This document shows, piece by piece, positions 39,434-48,150 of a stretch of 64,000 bases of DNA. Within the stretch, counting starts at the first letter, position 1. The number at the start of each line of letters is the position of its first letter. The stretch is taken from NCBI GenBank assembly GCA_022703375.1, contig JAKLDS010000003.1, positions 7,171 to 71,170 on the forward strand, written 5' to 3'. Below the pieces are notes generated by a model, which ran no database searches, was not told the DNA's origin, and saw nothing but the letters and a program-made list of their open reading frames with translations. Origin of the DNA: Deltaproteobacteria bacterium. GTDB taxonomy: Bacteria; Desulfobacterota; Syntrophia; Syntrophales; Smithellaceae. The position numbers and the translations under genes are program-made.

Positions 39434-41122
39434 ATGTGGCAGGGAGACTGGCGGGATAAAATCTGGAATGACCTCGATCGAAGCTGGGACATCATTATAG
39501 TAGGAGGCGGTATAACGGGCGCGGGTATTTTGCGGGAAGCAACGCGCCTGGGGTTGCAGGCTCTGCTGATTGAACAGCGTGATTTTGCCTGGGGAACATC
39601 CAGCCGTTCCTCCAAACTGGTGCACGGCGGCCTGCGGTATCTGAAAGAAGGAAAAATAGGCATGACCCGCGCTGCCGTCCGGGAAAGAGAAAGGCTGGTG
39701 CAGGAAGGACCGGGCCTGATTGATCCGCTGGGCTTTCTGCTGGCGACTTACGAGGGAGATCATCCGGGACGTCTGGCCTATGAAGCGGGTCTTTGCGTTT
39801 ACGATCTGCTGGCGCTGCAGTGGAGCCACACCCATTACAGCGCTGACGATTTCCGGATGCTGGCCCCTCATATTTCTCAGTCGGGGTTGTGCGGCGGTTT
39901 CCGCTATGGCGATGCGCAAACCGATGATGCCCGCCTCGTTCTGCGTGTTATCCGCGAAGCCGTCGCCGATGGCGGTGTCGCGATTAATTATGTCACTGCC
40001 GGAGAATTTATTAATTCGCCAAAACAGGCGGACAGAAAATTAAAGGCAGGCGCAGTTGCGCCGCGCCGCCTGCGCATTCGGGATAATTTGACTGACAGGA
40101 CAGAACAGATTAAGGCCAGGGTCATCATCAATGCCACCGGCGCCTGGGCTGATCGGATGCGTGCCCAGGCAGGTTTTGGCGCGCGCATCCGGCCGCTGCG
40201 CGGCAGCCATCTTATTTTTCCCGGCTGGCGTTTCCCGGTGGCACAGGCAATTTGTATTTTGCATCCGCTGGATCACCGCCCTGTTTTCATTTTTCCCTGG
40301 GAAGGCATTACGCTGGTGGGAACAACCGATGTCGATCATGGCAGGTCTCTCGAGGAAGAGCCGGCCATCAGTCCGGAAGAAGTCGCCTATCTGATGGCGG
40401 CCATTGAAGCGGAATTTCCGGCGCTGCACATGACTCTTGATGACGTGATATCATCATTTTCCGGTGTTCGTCCCGTAATCGGGACAGGCAAAGATGATCC
40501 CTCCAAAGAAGCGCGCGATCATGCCGTTTGGGAAGAAGGCGGTCTGCTTACCGTGACCGGGGGGAAGCTAACGACTTTTCGCCTGATTGCCCGCGATGCC
40601 CTTAAAGCGGTTGCCCGTTTCCTGCCGGAAATGCCGGTGCCGGATAAAAATATCAGCGTTTTGAATAAAGTGGATTTGTCTCTGCGGATCAATCTTCACG
40701 GTAAAAAAACAGAACTGCCGGAAAGATTGCGCCGCCGGCTCTTGGGACGATACGGTGCCGATGCGCAGCGGCTTTTAGACTTTGCCCAACCCGGAGAAAC
40801 GGAAGCAATACCAGGGAGCCTGGCTGTCTGGGCGGAATTGCGCTTTGCCGCTCGGGAAGAAGGTGTTATTCATCTGGATGATTTGCTGCTTCGCAGAGTG
40901 AGGTTGGGGTTGCTTCTTCCGCACGGCGGCCGGGATATTTTGCCGCGGGTGCGCGCTATCTGCACAGAGGAGTTGGGCTGGAGTGATACCCGCTGGCAGC
41001 AGGAAGAAAAAGAATACTTGTCTTTATGGCATAACTGTTACAGCCTGCCGCAGCGTTCCGCTATTCCGGACTGGCATAAGCTGTTAGACGAGTCCGCTGA
41101 AAAAGAAGGGAAGAAGAATTGA
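39434..41122 (+). CDS. glpD: FAD-dependent glycerol-3-phosphate (or polyol-phosphate) dehydrogenase, GlpD/EryB family
   Basis: Dinucleotide fold IIIVGGGITGAGI and the family signature SSRSSKLVHGGLRYL. The C-terminal helical domain is present. Confidence 0.8.
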   Translation: MWQGDWRDKIWNDLDRSWDIIIVGGGITGAGILREATRLGLQALLIEQRDFAWGTSSRSSKLVHGGLRYLKEGKIGMTRAAVRERERLVQEGPGLIDPLGFLLATYEGDHPGRLAYEAGLCVYDLLALQWSHTHYSADDFRMLAPHISQSGLCGGFRYGDAQTDDARLVLRVIREAVADGGVAINYVTAGEFINSPKQADRKLKAGAVAPRRLRIRDNLTDRTEQIKARVIINATGAWADRMRAQAGFGARIRPLRGSHLIFPGWRFPVAQAICILHPLDHRPVFIFPWEGITLVGTTDVDHGRSLEEEPAISPEEVAYLMAAIEAEFPALHMTLDDVISSFSGVRPVIGTGKDDPSKEARDHAVWEEGGLLTVTGGKLTTFRLIARDALKAVARFLPEMPVPDKNISVLNKVDLSLRINLHGKKTELPERLRRRLLGRYGADAQRLLDFAQPGETEAIPGSLAVWAELRFAAREEGVIHLDDLLLRRVRLGLLLPHGGRDILPRVRAICTEELGWSDTRWQQEEKEYLSLWHNCYSLPQRSAIPDWHKLLDESAEKEGKKN

Positions 41123-41125
41123 ATC

Positions 41126-42694
41126 ATGGATAAAGAATATATTTTAAGCATAGATAACGGAACTCAATCAGTGCGTGCGCTGATTTTTGACCGGCAGGGC
41201 AATCTGGTTTGCAAAACACGTGTTGTCCTGGAGGCTTATTATTCCAGAGAGCCGGGCTGGGCGGAGCAGGATCCTGCTTACTACTGGAAATCATTATGCC
41301 AGGCCTGCCGGCAGATCTGGAGTGAACATCCGGAGCTGAAGGAAGCAATCGCCGGTGTTACAATAACGACACAGCGCGCAACAATGATCAACGTGGATAA
41401 AAACGGCAAGCCGCTGAGACCGGCTATTGTGTGGCTGGATCAACGGCGCACCGGGGGCCTGAAGCAGGTTGGTTTCTTATGGGGTATGGCTTTTAAAATA
41501 TCCGGTATGGCCGAAACGATAGCTTATCTGCAAGCGGAAGCCGAGTCGAACTGGATAAAGCAGAATCAGCCGGAAATCTGGAGTAAAACATACAAGTATC
41601 TTTTTCTCTCCGGTTATCTGACTTATTGTCTGACTGGCCGGTTTGTTGATTCCGTGGGCTGCCAGGTTGGTTATATCCCTTTTGATTATAAGAAGAAACG
41701 CTGGGCGGCTTCCTGGAACTGGAAATGGGCTCTGACACAGATTGAACCTGAAATGCTGCCTCAGTTGATTGCACCGGCGGACATTATGGGACAGGTGACC
41801 CCTCAGGCGGCGCAGGAAACAGGCATCCCGGAAGGTCTGCCGGTAATTGCGGCGGCGGCGGACAAAGCCTGCGAGGTAATCGGAGCCGGTTGTCTCAAAC
41901 CGCATATCGGTTGCCTGAGTTACGGCACGACAGCCACGATTAATACAACGCAATACAAATACGTGGAAGCGATTCCTCTGATACCTCCTTATCCATCGGC
42001 CGTGCCTGACGCCTATGCGCTGGAAATTCAAATATACCGCGGCTACTGGATGGTAAGCTGGTTTAAGGAACAATTCGCCTATCTGGAAAAGCAAATTGCC
42101 TCTGAGCGCGGTGTGGAAACGGAAACGATAATCGAAGAGCTGCTTTATAAAGTTCCGCCGGGTTCGATGGGGTTGGTGCTGCAGCCATACTGGTCGCCGG
42201 GAATCAAGGTGCCCGGTCCGGAGGCCAAAGGCGCGGTCATCGGTTTTGGCGATGTGCATAACCGCGCTCATCTTTACCGGGCGATTCTGGAAGGTTTGGC
42301 GTACGCACTGCGTGAAGGCAAGGAGCGTGAGGAAAAAAGGAGTGGTGTGGAAATCACCGAACTTCGTGTTTCCGGCGGGGGCTCGCAAAGCAATGCGGCA
42401 ATGCAGATTACCGCCGATATTTTCGGTTTGCCCACAGCACGCCCCCATATTTACGAAACATCGGGGCTGGGAGCAGCCATTGACGCGGCGGTCGGATTAA
42501 AGCTGCACCCGGATTTTCAAACTGCAGTTAAAGAAATGACGCGGATCGGGCGTATTTTTGAACCGCATTTGCCGACACATTATATTTACGACGAGCTCTA
42601 CCGGCATGTTTACAAACAAATGTATGAACGATTAAAGCCGCTCTATGAAGCAATTCGCGAAATAACCGGTTATCCGAACCGCGCCGGTGAATAG
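41126..42694 (+). CDS. FGGY-family carbohydrate/polyol kinase
   Basis: N-terminus [17 protein letters not shown] and the C-terminal FGGY motif [10 protein letters not shown]. Starts 4 nt after the glpD-like stop. Confidence 0.85.
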   Translation: MDKEYILSIDNGTQSVRALIFDRQGNLVCKTRVVLEAYYSREPGWAEQDPAYYWKSLCQACRQIWSEHPELKEAIAGVTITTQRATMINVDKNGKPLRPAIVWLDQRRTGGLKQVGFLWGMAFKISGMAETIAYLQAEAESNWIKQNQPEIWSKTYKYLFLSGYLTYCLTGRFVDSVGCQVGYIPFDYKKKRWAASWNWKWALTQIEPEMLPQLIAPADIMGQVTPQAAQETGIPEGLPVIAAAADKACEVIGAGCLKPHIGCLSYGTTATINTTQYKYVEAIPLIPPYPSAVPDAYALEIQIYRGYWMVSWFKEQFAYLEKQIASERGVETETIIEELLYKVPPGSMGLVLQPYWSPGIKVPGPEAKGAVIGFGDVHNRAHLYRAILEGLAYALREGKEREEKRSGVEITELRVSGGGSQSNAAMQITADIFGLPTARPHIYETSGLGAAIDAAVGLKLHPDFQTAVKEMTRIGRIFEPHLPTHYIYDELYRHVYKQMYERLKPLYEAIREITGYPNRAGE

Positions 42695-42900
42695 CCGGAC
42701 AGGCAACAGAATAAAACCGGCGGGCTGTCATTATCCTGACGGGCGTCATATTTTATCCGCCATTATTATTTTTCCCGATTTTTTTCTCCGTTGACAGATG
42801 ATAATGAATAATTATTTTAAAGTTAAGGAACAAGCTAATCTGCTGCACAAAGACTCGTTTTGTTTTTTCACTTCACGTTGCTGTTAACGGCAAAAGTAAT

Positions 42901-42916
42901 TGGCACATTTATTGTA
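42901..42916 (+). promoter_or_regulatory. Sigma-54-like promoter upstream of the tip-only MCP-like gene
   Basis: TGGCAC-ATTTA-TTGTA. The -24 element is perfect. The -12 element has T in place of the conserved C. It lies 62 nt upstream of the ATG. Confidence 0.4.
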
Positions 42917-42978
42917 CATAATCATATCCGGTTATTCGTTTTTGACATTTTCCGAGTTTAAAAAAAGGAGGTGGCGTT

Positions 42979-43332
42979 ATGGTACAATTAAATTTGTCGG
43001 CTGACCGTCAGCAGAAAAGTAATATTGTCGTTAACGCCTTTGCAATTTTGAGTAAAGTTAACAATACAATGAATAACATGGCGCAGACGATGAGTGTGGC
43101 AACCGACCAGAAGGCGGAAAGCGCCGTCGCAATTGACAGGATGGCTGATCTGGCCTTTGAAAGCAGCGTCCTTGCGCTGAGAGCTTCATTAAATGAAGCC
43201 GAAGCTAACGAAATCGGTACAGGAGAAGTATTGCTTCTTGCTAAAAAAGTAAATGATATTGCCATGAAAGCTGCCGACACCACCAGAATGCTGCATGGCG
43301 TTGCTGATGCCTGCCGTCAGGCAAGGCGTTAA
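42979..43332 (+). CDS. Small soluble protein resembling only the hairpin tip of an MCP signalling domain
   Basis: AGGAGGTG RBS. 117 aa with no TM helix. LAFESSVLALRASLNEAEANEIGTGEVLLLAKKVNDIAMKAADTTR aligns by eye with the window's own MCP segment [45 protein letters not shown]. Confidence 0.7.
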   Translation: MVQLNLSADRQQKSNIVVNAFAILSKVNNTMNNMAQTMSVATDQKAESAVAIDRMADLAFESSVLALRASLNEAEANEIGTGEVLLLAKKVNDIAMKAADTTRMLHGVADACRQARR

Positions 43333-43482
43333 TATTTCGAGACATGGAATAAAAAACCTGAGAAATCAAAGGTGGTGATGCCGCTTCGCTTTCCCCGATT
43401 GATAAAGGCTGGAAAAGAATGCGGGCAAAAGGAAACGAAACGGCGTGAACAAAATTTTCCCCACAGACAAAACGGCAGCTGA

Positions 43483-43528
43483 GGAAAGGAAGCGGTCAAA
43501 CAATTAAACCGCTTCCTTTCCTTTTTTT
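43483..43528 (+). terminator. Strong rho-independent terminator
   Basis: 14-bp stem GGAAAGGAAGCGGT / ACCGCTTCCTTTCC with an 11-nt loop, followed by 7 T. Confidence 0.85.
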
Positions 43529-43660
43529 AGTGAGGCTCCAATTTCAAAAGCGCAGCGTATGGAAATTGACTGGACAAACTATCCCGCAAAGCGGGATTCG
43601 ATATAACCTGAATGAACAAGGTTTGGTATACCCGAATCATTCTCTGCAAAAGCACCCGGA

Positions 43661-44518
43661 TTATTTACGGTGCGAATCGCCCACGCCGATAAACGGCACA
43701 GCTCCGGCGCCGGTAACCTGCGGCATGATGCCATTCCATTTTTCGATAGCTCTGAGGTTTGCTTCAATTTTTCTCAGCTCAATAAGATCAGGCGAAATGT
43801 TGGCTCTCTGCAGTCGCAAGGATTCGGCTTCCGCGCGTGCCGCCGTAATCTTCTGTTCCGCCTCGATTTTTATTCTCTCCAGGTCTCTTTTAGCCTTCAG
43901 AGCCAGCTGCTCGGCTGTTTGTTTCGCCTCAATGGCCTCCATAAATACCTTGGAGAAACTGAAATTAACGATGGAAAAAGCGTCAACTGCTATGTTGGAT
44001 GAACGAAGTCTGTCCGCCAGCGAAGTTCTCATTGCTTCACTGACCAGAGGCCTCTTGGTAATAAGCTCCTCTGCCGTATATTTCGCCGTCACGGCTTTTA
44101 CCACTTCATGGATGGCCGGCTCGATGATGCGTTCACGGTAGTAGACGCCGATGGATTGATAGACGACATTGGCGCGGTCGGGAATGACATGGTAGTTCAG
44201 TACCACTTCGGAAGTTACATCCTGCAAATCAGAAGATGCGGCGGCGGCTTTGCTGGTGGCTTTATGGACCTTGACATCCATTATCATTATTTTTTGCATG
44301 ATGGGCACCCGGAAGTGCAGGCCTTCGTCAAGCACCTTGTCCTGCACGGCGCCGAAATTCAAAACAACTCCTCTTTCCCCGGCTCCAATCTGCACCCAGG
44401 GGCGGAAAAAAATCATTATCAGCAGAATCGCACCGATAATTACCCATGTTTTCATAGATCCCTTTTTCATAACGTTCTGCATGCTTTCTTTGGCCCGGTA
44501 AACATCTCTTTCATCCAT
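43661..44518 (-). CDS. Prohibitin/SPFH (band 7) family membrane protein
   Basis: N-terminal TM helix. SPFH core GERGVVLNFGAVQDKVLDEGLHFRVP and a C-terminal coiled coil. Confidence 0.85.
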   Translation of the reverse strand: MDERDVYRAKESMQNVMKKGSMKTWVIIGAILLIMIFFRPWVQIGAGERGVVLNFGAVQDKVLDEGLHFRVPIMQKIMIMDVKVHKATSKAAAASSDLQDVTSEVVLNYHVIPDRANVVYQSIGVYYRERIIEPAIHEVVKAVTAKYTAEELITKRPLVSEAMRTSLADRLRSSNIAVDAFSIVNFSFSKVFMEAIEAKQTAEQLALKAKRDLERIKIEAEQKITAARAEAESLRLQRANISPDLIELRKIEANLRAIEKWNGIMPQVTGAGAVPFIGVGDSHRK

Positions 44519-44563
44519 TAGTGTAACTCCTTTGCTTTTTTATATGGTAAAGTTATTTATGTC

Positions 44564-45472
44564 TTATTTGGACTGCCTGACCACAGTCATCGCCGTCGCA
44601 ATCAGCGAAGAGATGTCGCCGAAATTAGCCGGAAGAATGAGAGTGTTTCCCTGTTTGGCCAGATGACCGAACTGCTCCACCAGTTTTTCCGCCACCCGCA
44701 GCTGGACTGCTTCCATACCGCCCGGCGATTGTACGGCGGAAGCGACGGACTTCAGGCCGTCAGCCGTGGCGTTAGCGACGGCGCGAATGGCTTCCGCCTG
44801 TCCGGTTGCTTCATTAATCTGCCTTTGCCGGGTGGCCTCCGACTCCAGAACCACCTTCTGCTTTTGCCCCTCGGCAACATTGACCGCTGACTGCTTTTCA
44901 CCTTCCGATTGAAGAATTATTGCCCGCTTTTCCCGTTCCGCCTGCATCTGCTTTTCCATGGCCTTTAAAACGGTATCGGGCGGCACAATGTTTTTAATCT
45001 CATAACGCAGAATTTTAACACCCCATGTCCGGGAGGCGTCATTGATGGCGCTGACAATGGCGGAATTGATGGCTGTTCTTTCCTCAAAGGTTTTGTCCAG
45101 ATCAATCTTGCCCACCTCGCTCCTCATTGTTGTCTGCGCCAGCTGGGTTATGGAAAAAAGGTAATTGCTGATGCCGTAGGAAGCCATTTGCGGATCGAAG
45201 ACCTGAATAAAAATAACTCCGTCCACACCGACCTGGACATTGTCGCGCGTGATACAGATCTGCTCCGGTATATCGAGGGCCTGTTCCTTGAGTGTATGTT
45301 TATAGGCGACGCGGTCAACGAAAGGGATAATGTAACTAATTCCGGCATGCAGTACGCTGTAAAATTTGCCCAGCCGTTCTATGACATAGGCGCTTTGCTG
45401 AGGCACAATACGAACTCCCTTGATGATAAAGAAAACGGCAAATACGGCCAGAACAATCAAAAAAATATTCAT
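44564..45472 (-). CDS. Stomatin-like SPFH (band 7) protein (QmcA/YbbK type)
   Basis: TM helix followed by IVPQQSAYVIERLGKF. ATG at 45472 lies 5 nt after GGAGG. The ORF track extends to 45526. Partner of the upstream NfeD gene. Confidence 0.85.
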   Translation of the reverse strand: MNIFLIVLAVFAVFFIIKGVRIVPQQSAYVIERLGKFYSVLHAGISYIIPFVDRVAYKHTLKEQALDIPEQICITRDNVQVGVDGVIFIQVFDPQMASYGISNYLFSITQLAQTTMRSEVGKIDLDKTFEERTAINSAIVSAINDASRTWGVKILRYEIKNIVPPDTVLKAMEKQMQAEREKRAIILQSEGEKQSAVNVAEGQKQKVVLESEATRQRQINEATGQAEAIRAVANATADGLKSVASAVQSPGGMEAVQLRVAEKLVEQFGHLAKQGNTLILPANFGDISSLIATAMTVVRQSK

Positions 45473-45488
45473 ATCTTCCTCCCTCTTT

Positions 45489-45932
45489 CTATAAAACAGG
45501 TTTAACCTTGATCCTGATTCCTTCAATGGCGATTATTTCCACCGTTTCTCCCGCGTTGATGGTTGCGTTCTCATCGCAAAAGGCAATCCATTCCGAACCG
45601 CGATAATCAACAGCTCCTTCCTTGCCTGCGGAAATAGCCCTGACTACTTTTATCTTTTGCCCCGCGTATTCAGGCGGCATATCATGGCTGCCGGCAAAAA
45701 GACGGCGGGCCGTTTTACGAAAGAGCGACATCAGAACAACCGAGGAAACGGCAAAGACAATCAACTGGCTGTCCAGCCCCATGGTCAGGCCAAGCCCCGT
45801 CGTCACAGCGACGATTATCGCTCCCAGTCCGATAAAACAAAGGATGAAAGACGCCGTGGCCAGTTCCAGTATCAGAAGGACAATGCCGATGGCGCCCCAG
45901 ATTAATGCCGCCGAATAGGATATGGTAAACAT
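45489..45932 (-). CDS. NfeD-family membrane protein
   Basis: Three N-terminal TM helices and a C-terminal OB-like beta domain (VDYRGSEWIAF..GETVEIIAIEG). Canonical nfeD-stomatin pairing. Confidence 0.8.
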   Translation of the reverse strand: MFTISYSAALIWGAIGIVLLILELATASFILCFIGLGAIIVAVTTGLGLTMGLDSQLIVFAVSSVVLMSLFRKTARRLFAGSHDMPPEYAGQKIKVVRAISAGKEGAVDYRGSEWIAFCDENATINAGETVEIIAIEGIRIKVKPVL

Positions 45933-45953
45933 AAAAGCCCCCCTGTCCGAATA

Positions 45954-47129
45954 TCACATTCTCCCGATTTCCTGACCGTAAAGAAAACACTTTGTTATGC
46001 TTTCTTCGTCGGGATTCCAGAAACACTTTATTCCGTCATTGATCAATTCCCAGCCGGCTTCGGTAATCAATTTATTCATGTTGCCGACCGACTCGCCACT
46101 CCAGCCGTAGCAACCGAAGGCGGCGGCTTTCTTGTTTACGAATTGCAAACCCTTTAATTCCTCGAAAATCCCGGCCAGCGCCGTCGCTATGCCCTTGTTG
46201 ATTGTGGGAGAACCGAACAGGACAATCCGGGATTTGAAAATTTCCGTCATGATGTCGTTTTTATCGATTTTGGCGGCATTATACAGTTTGACATTGGCAG
46301 CGGCATTGACATCTTTAATCCCTTTGGCGATTGTCTCGGCCATTCTTCTGGTGCCTTCCCACATGGTATCGTAAACCAGCGTTATCTGATTTTCCTGATA
46401 GGCATTAGCCCACTGCAGATATTTTTCGACGATCTGGGTGGGATTTTGCCGCCAGATAACGCCGTGGCTGGTGGCGATAATGTCAATCGGCAGTTGCAGC
46501 GCCAGCACTTCCTTAATCTTGGCATCCACCAGTTTGCTGAATGGCGTCAGGATATTGGCATAATATTTAATACATTCACTGAATAGTTCGTCCTGTTTGA
46601 CAAGATCATTGAACATGTATTCGCTGGCGTAGTGCTGGCCAAACGCGTCATTGCTGAACAATATATTGTCGCCCGTCAGATAACAGGCCATGCTGTCCGG
46701 CCAGTGCAGCATTCTCATTTCCACAAATATCAGTTCTTTGCCGTTACCGAGCGATATCTTGTCGCCTGTTTTCACGGGTTTGAAATTCCAGTTCTGATGA
46801 TAATGACCCCGGAGCGATTTCAGGGCGTTTTGCGTGCAGTAGATGGGGGTGTCGGGAATAAACCGCATCAACTCCGGCAGAGCGCCGCTGTGGTCTATCT
46901 CCGCGTGATTGGCTACGACATAATCAATTTTTTTGAGGTCAATTTCCTTCTGCAGATTGGCAACAAACTCCCCTGCGAAAGGCAGCCAGACAGTATCTAT
47001 TAAAACGTTTTTTTCTTCCCTTAAAACGTTTTTTTCTTCCCTGATGAGGTAGGAATTATAAGTCGTTCCGCGGTTGATGGAATATTCGTCACCGTGAAAT
47101 TTTTTCAGTTCCCAGTCAATTTTACCCAA
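45954..47129 (-). CDS. Flavodiiron protein (FprA/ROO type: MBL-like diiron domain plus flavodoxin domain). Start codon unresolved.
   Basis: Diiron motif HAEIDH and a flavodoxin-like C-terminus (VLFGSPT, GCYGWSGE). The TTG at 47129 cuts off the conserved in-frame upstream peptide IIKINIKNNVYW (to 47165), which has no ATG/GTG/TTG. Confidence 0.85.
   Translation of the reverse strand: MGKIDWELKKFHGDEYSINRGTTYNSYLIREEKNVLREEKNVLIDTVWLPFAGEFVANLQKEIDLKKIDYVVANHAEIDHSGALPELMRFIPDTPIYCTQNALKSLRGHYHQNWNFKPVKTGDKISLGNGKELIFVEMRMLHWPDSMACYLTGDNILFSNDAFGQHYASEYMFNDLVKQDELFSECIKYYANILTPFSKLVDAKIKEVLALQLPIDIIATSHGVIWRQNPTQIVEKYLQWANAYQENQITLVYDTMWEGTRRMAETIAKGIKDVNAAANVKLYNAAKIDKNDIMTEIFKSRIVLFGSPTINKGIATALAGIFEELKGLQFVNKKAAAFGCYGWSGESVGNMNKLITEAGWELINDGIKCFWNPDEESITKCFLYGQEIGRM
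47000..47041. repeat. Perfect 21-bp tandem duplication inside the flavodiiron gene
   Basis: TTAAAACGTTTTTTTCTTCCC occurs twice back to back (47000..47020 and 47021..47041). It is in frame and gives REEKNVL-REEKNVL. Confidence 0.95.
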
Positions 47130-47180
47130 CCAATAAACATTGTTTTTAATGTTAATTTTTATGATACTGTCCCCCGTTTT

Positions 47181-47711
47181 TTATTTTAAATATTTCTTTT
47201 CCAGGCGATTGAGCAGCCTGTGCAGTTTCTCGTGAGTTCCTTTTCCCATCACCTTCTCTTCAAATTCTTCAAAGAGAGCCGCTAATTCCTGCTGTTTTAC
47301 CTCTGGTATTTTCCGGTCTGCCAGGGGAAACAGTATCTTGTTTTCTTTTTCGATATGCCGGCGCAATAAATCAATGTAATTTCCTGCGGCAGAGCATAAT
47401 TCATCTTTTTTAATTGAATTGTCAAGTAATGCGGCATTCATTTGGGAGAGATATTTTCTTCCCTCGGCATGTTCAAGCAGCAGTTGTCCGATATGTCCGG
47501 TTTCTTTCGGAATGCCCGCCATTTCCATAGCGGGGAACAATAAACCTTCTTCTTTCCCGTGGTGGCATTTGTCGGCAAATAATTGAAAAAAACCGGCCAG
47601 GTCAATAAAATCCCGGGTGCTTATGTCGGTTTTGAGCATCATCTCCAGAATATTCAGGCCGTGCAAAATGCCATTATGCTCATTTATTAAATCTTCACTG
47701 GCATGATTCAT
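47181..47711 (-). CDS. Hemerythrin-like (HHE cation-binding) domain protein
   Basis: His/Glu ligand pattern: EHNGILHGL, CHHGKEEGLLFP, LLEHAEG, RRHIEKENKILFP. Confidence 0.8.
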   Translation of the reverse strand: MNHASEDLINEHNGILHGLNILEMMLKTDISTRDFIDLAGFFQLFADKCHHGKEEGLLFPAMEMAGIPKETGHIGQLLLEHAEGRKYLSQMNAALLDNSIKKDELCSAAGNYIDLLRRHIEKENKILFPLADRKIPEVKQQELAALFEEFEEKVMGKGTHEKLHRLLNRLEKKYLK

Positions 47712-48150
47712 TTTTTTCTTCCCTGGCCGATTGTGTGAAATCTATTTCCAGATCATCAACCTCCATCTGTTCGGGCAGCTCTCTTCTTTTTTCCGCGACA
47801 TCTTTTTCCGCCAGAAACCAGTCTCTGCTCAGTCCGTTTGTCAGAGCCACCGACAGCAGCCATTCTTCTTCCCGGGGATGCACAACATTATCGGTTAGAG
47901 AAAAGGACAGGCCGTCTTTGATGAATTTCATGGCCAGGATGGCTGATGAAAAGCGCGGCGGCACATCCTCAATGAATTTATTATCCATAATTTCCCGGAT
48001 GGCGCGGTTGCAGAAGGCTTTCTCGAAACCCAGCGATTTGCCGATGCGTTTCATCAGCTGCGCTTCCATGTTTGATATTTTGTGATCCTTGCGAATCAGC
48101 AAAAGCAAACCTTTGAAATAAAGGCTGGCGTCCAAAACGGCAATATTCAT
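47695..48150 (-). CDS. Hypothetical protein, possibly a TerB-like two-repeat helical domain
   Basis: 151 aa with an acidic C-terminal tail. The pattern is weakly TerB/DjlA-N-like, and this is a low-confidence family call. The start overlaps the NUDIX stop by 4 nt. The stop region overlaps the hemerythrin start by 17 nt. Confidence 0.55.
   Translation of the reverse strand: MNIAVLDASLYFKGLLLLIRKDHKISNMEAQLMKRIGKSLGFEKAFCNRAIREIMDNKFIEDVPPRFSSAILAMKFIKDGLSFSLTDNVVHPREEEWLLSVALTNGLSRDWFLAEKDVAEKRRELPEQMEVDDLEIDFTQSAREEKNESCQ

Noticed and set aside
43378-43482. 34-aa very basic ORF (MPLRFPRLIKAGKECGQKETKRREQNFPHRQNGS) between the tip-only MCP-like gene and its terminator
   Set aside because: The RBS spacing is marginal and the ORF is too short to evaluate. 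It is noted inside the main finding rather than called as a gene.
47130-47183. Hemerythrin-flavodiiron fusion by read-through of the in-frame TAA
   Set aside because: TAA is the most efficient stop codon, and I see no recoding signal. A non-canonical or TTG start for the flavodiiron gene is more economical. It is mentioned only as the least likely option.
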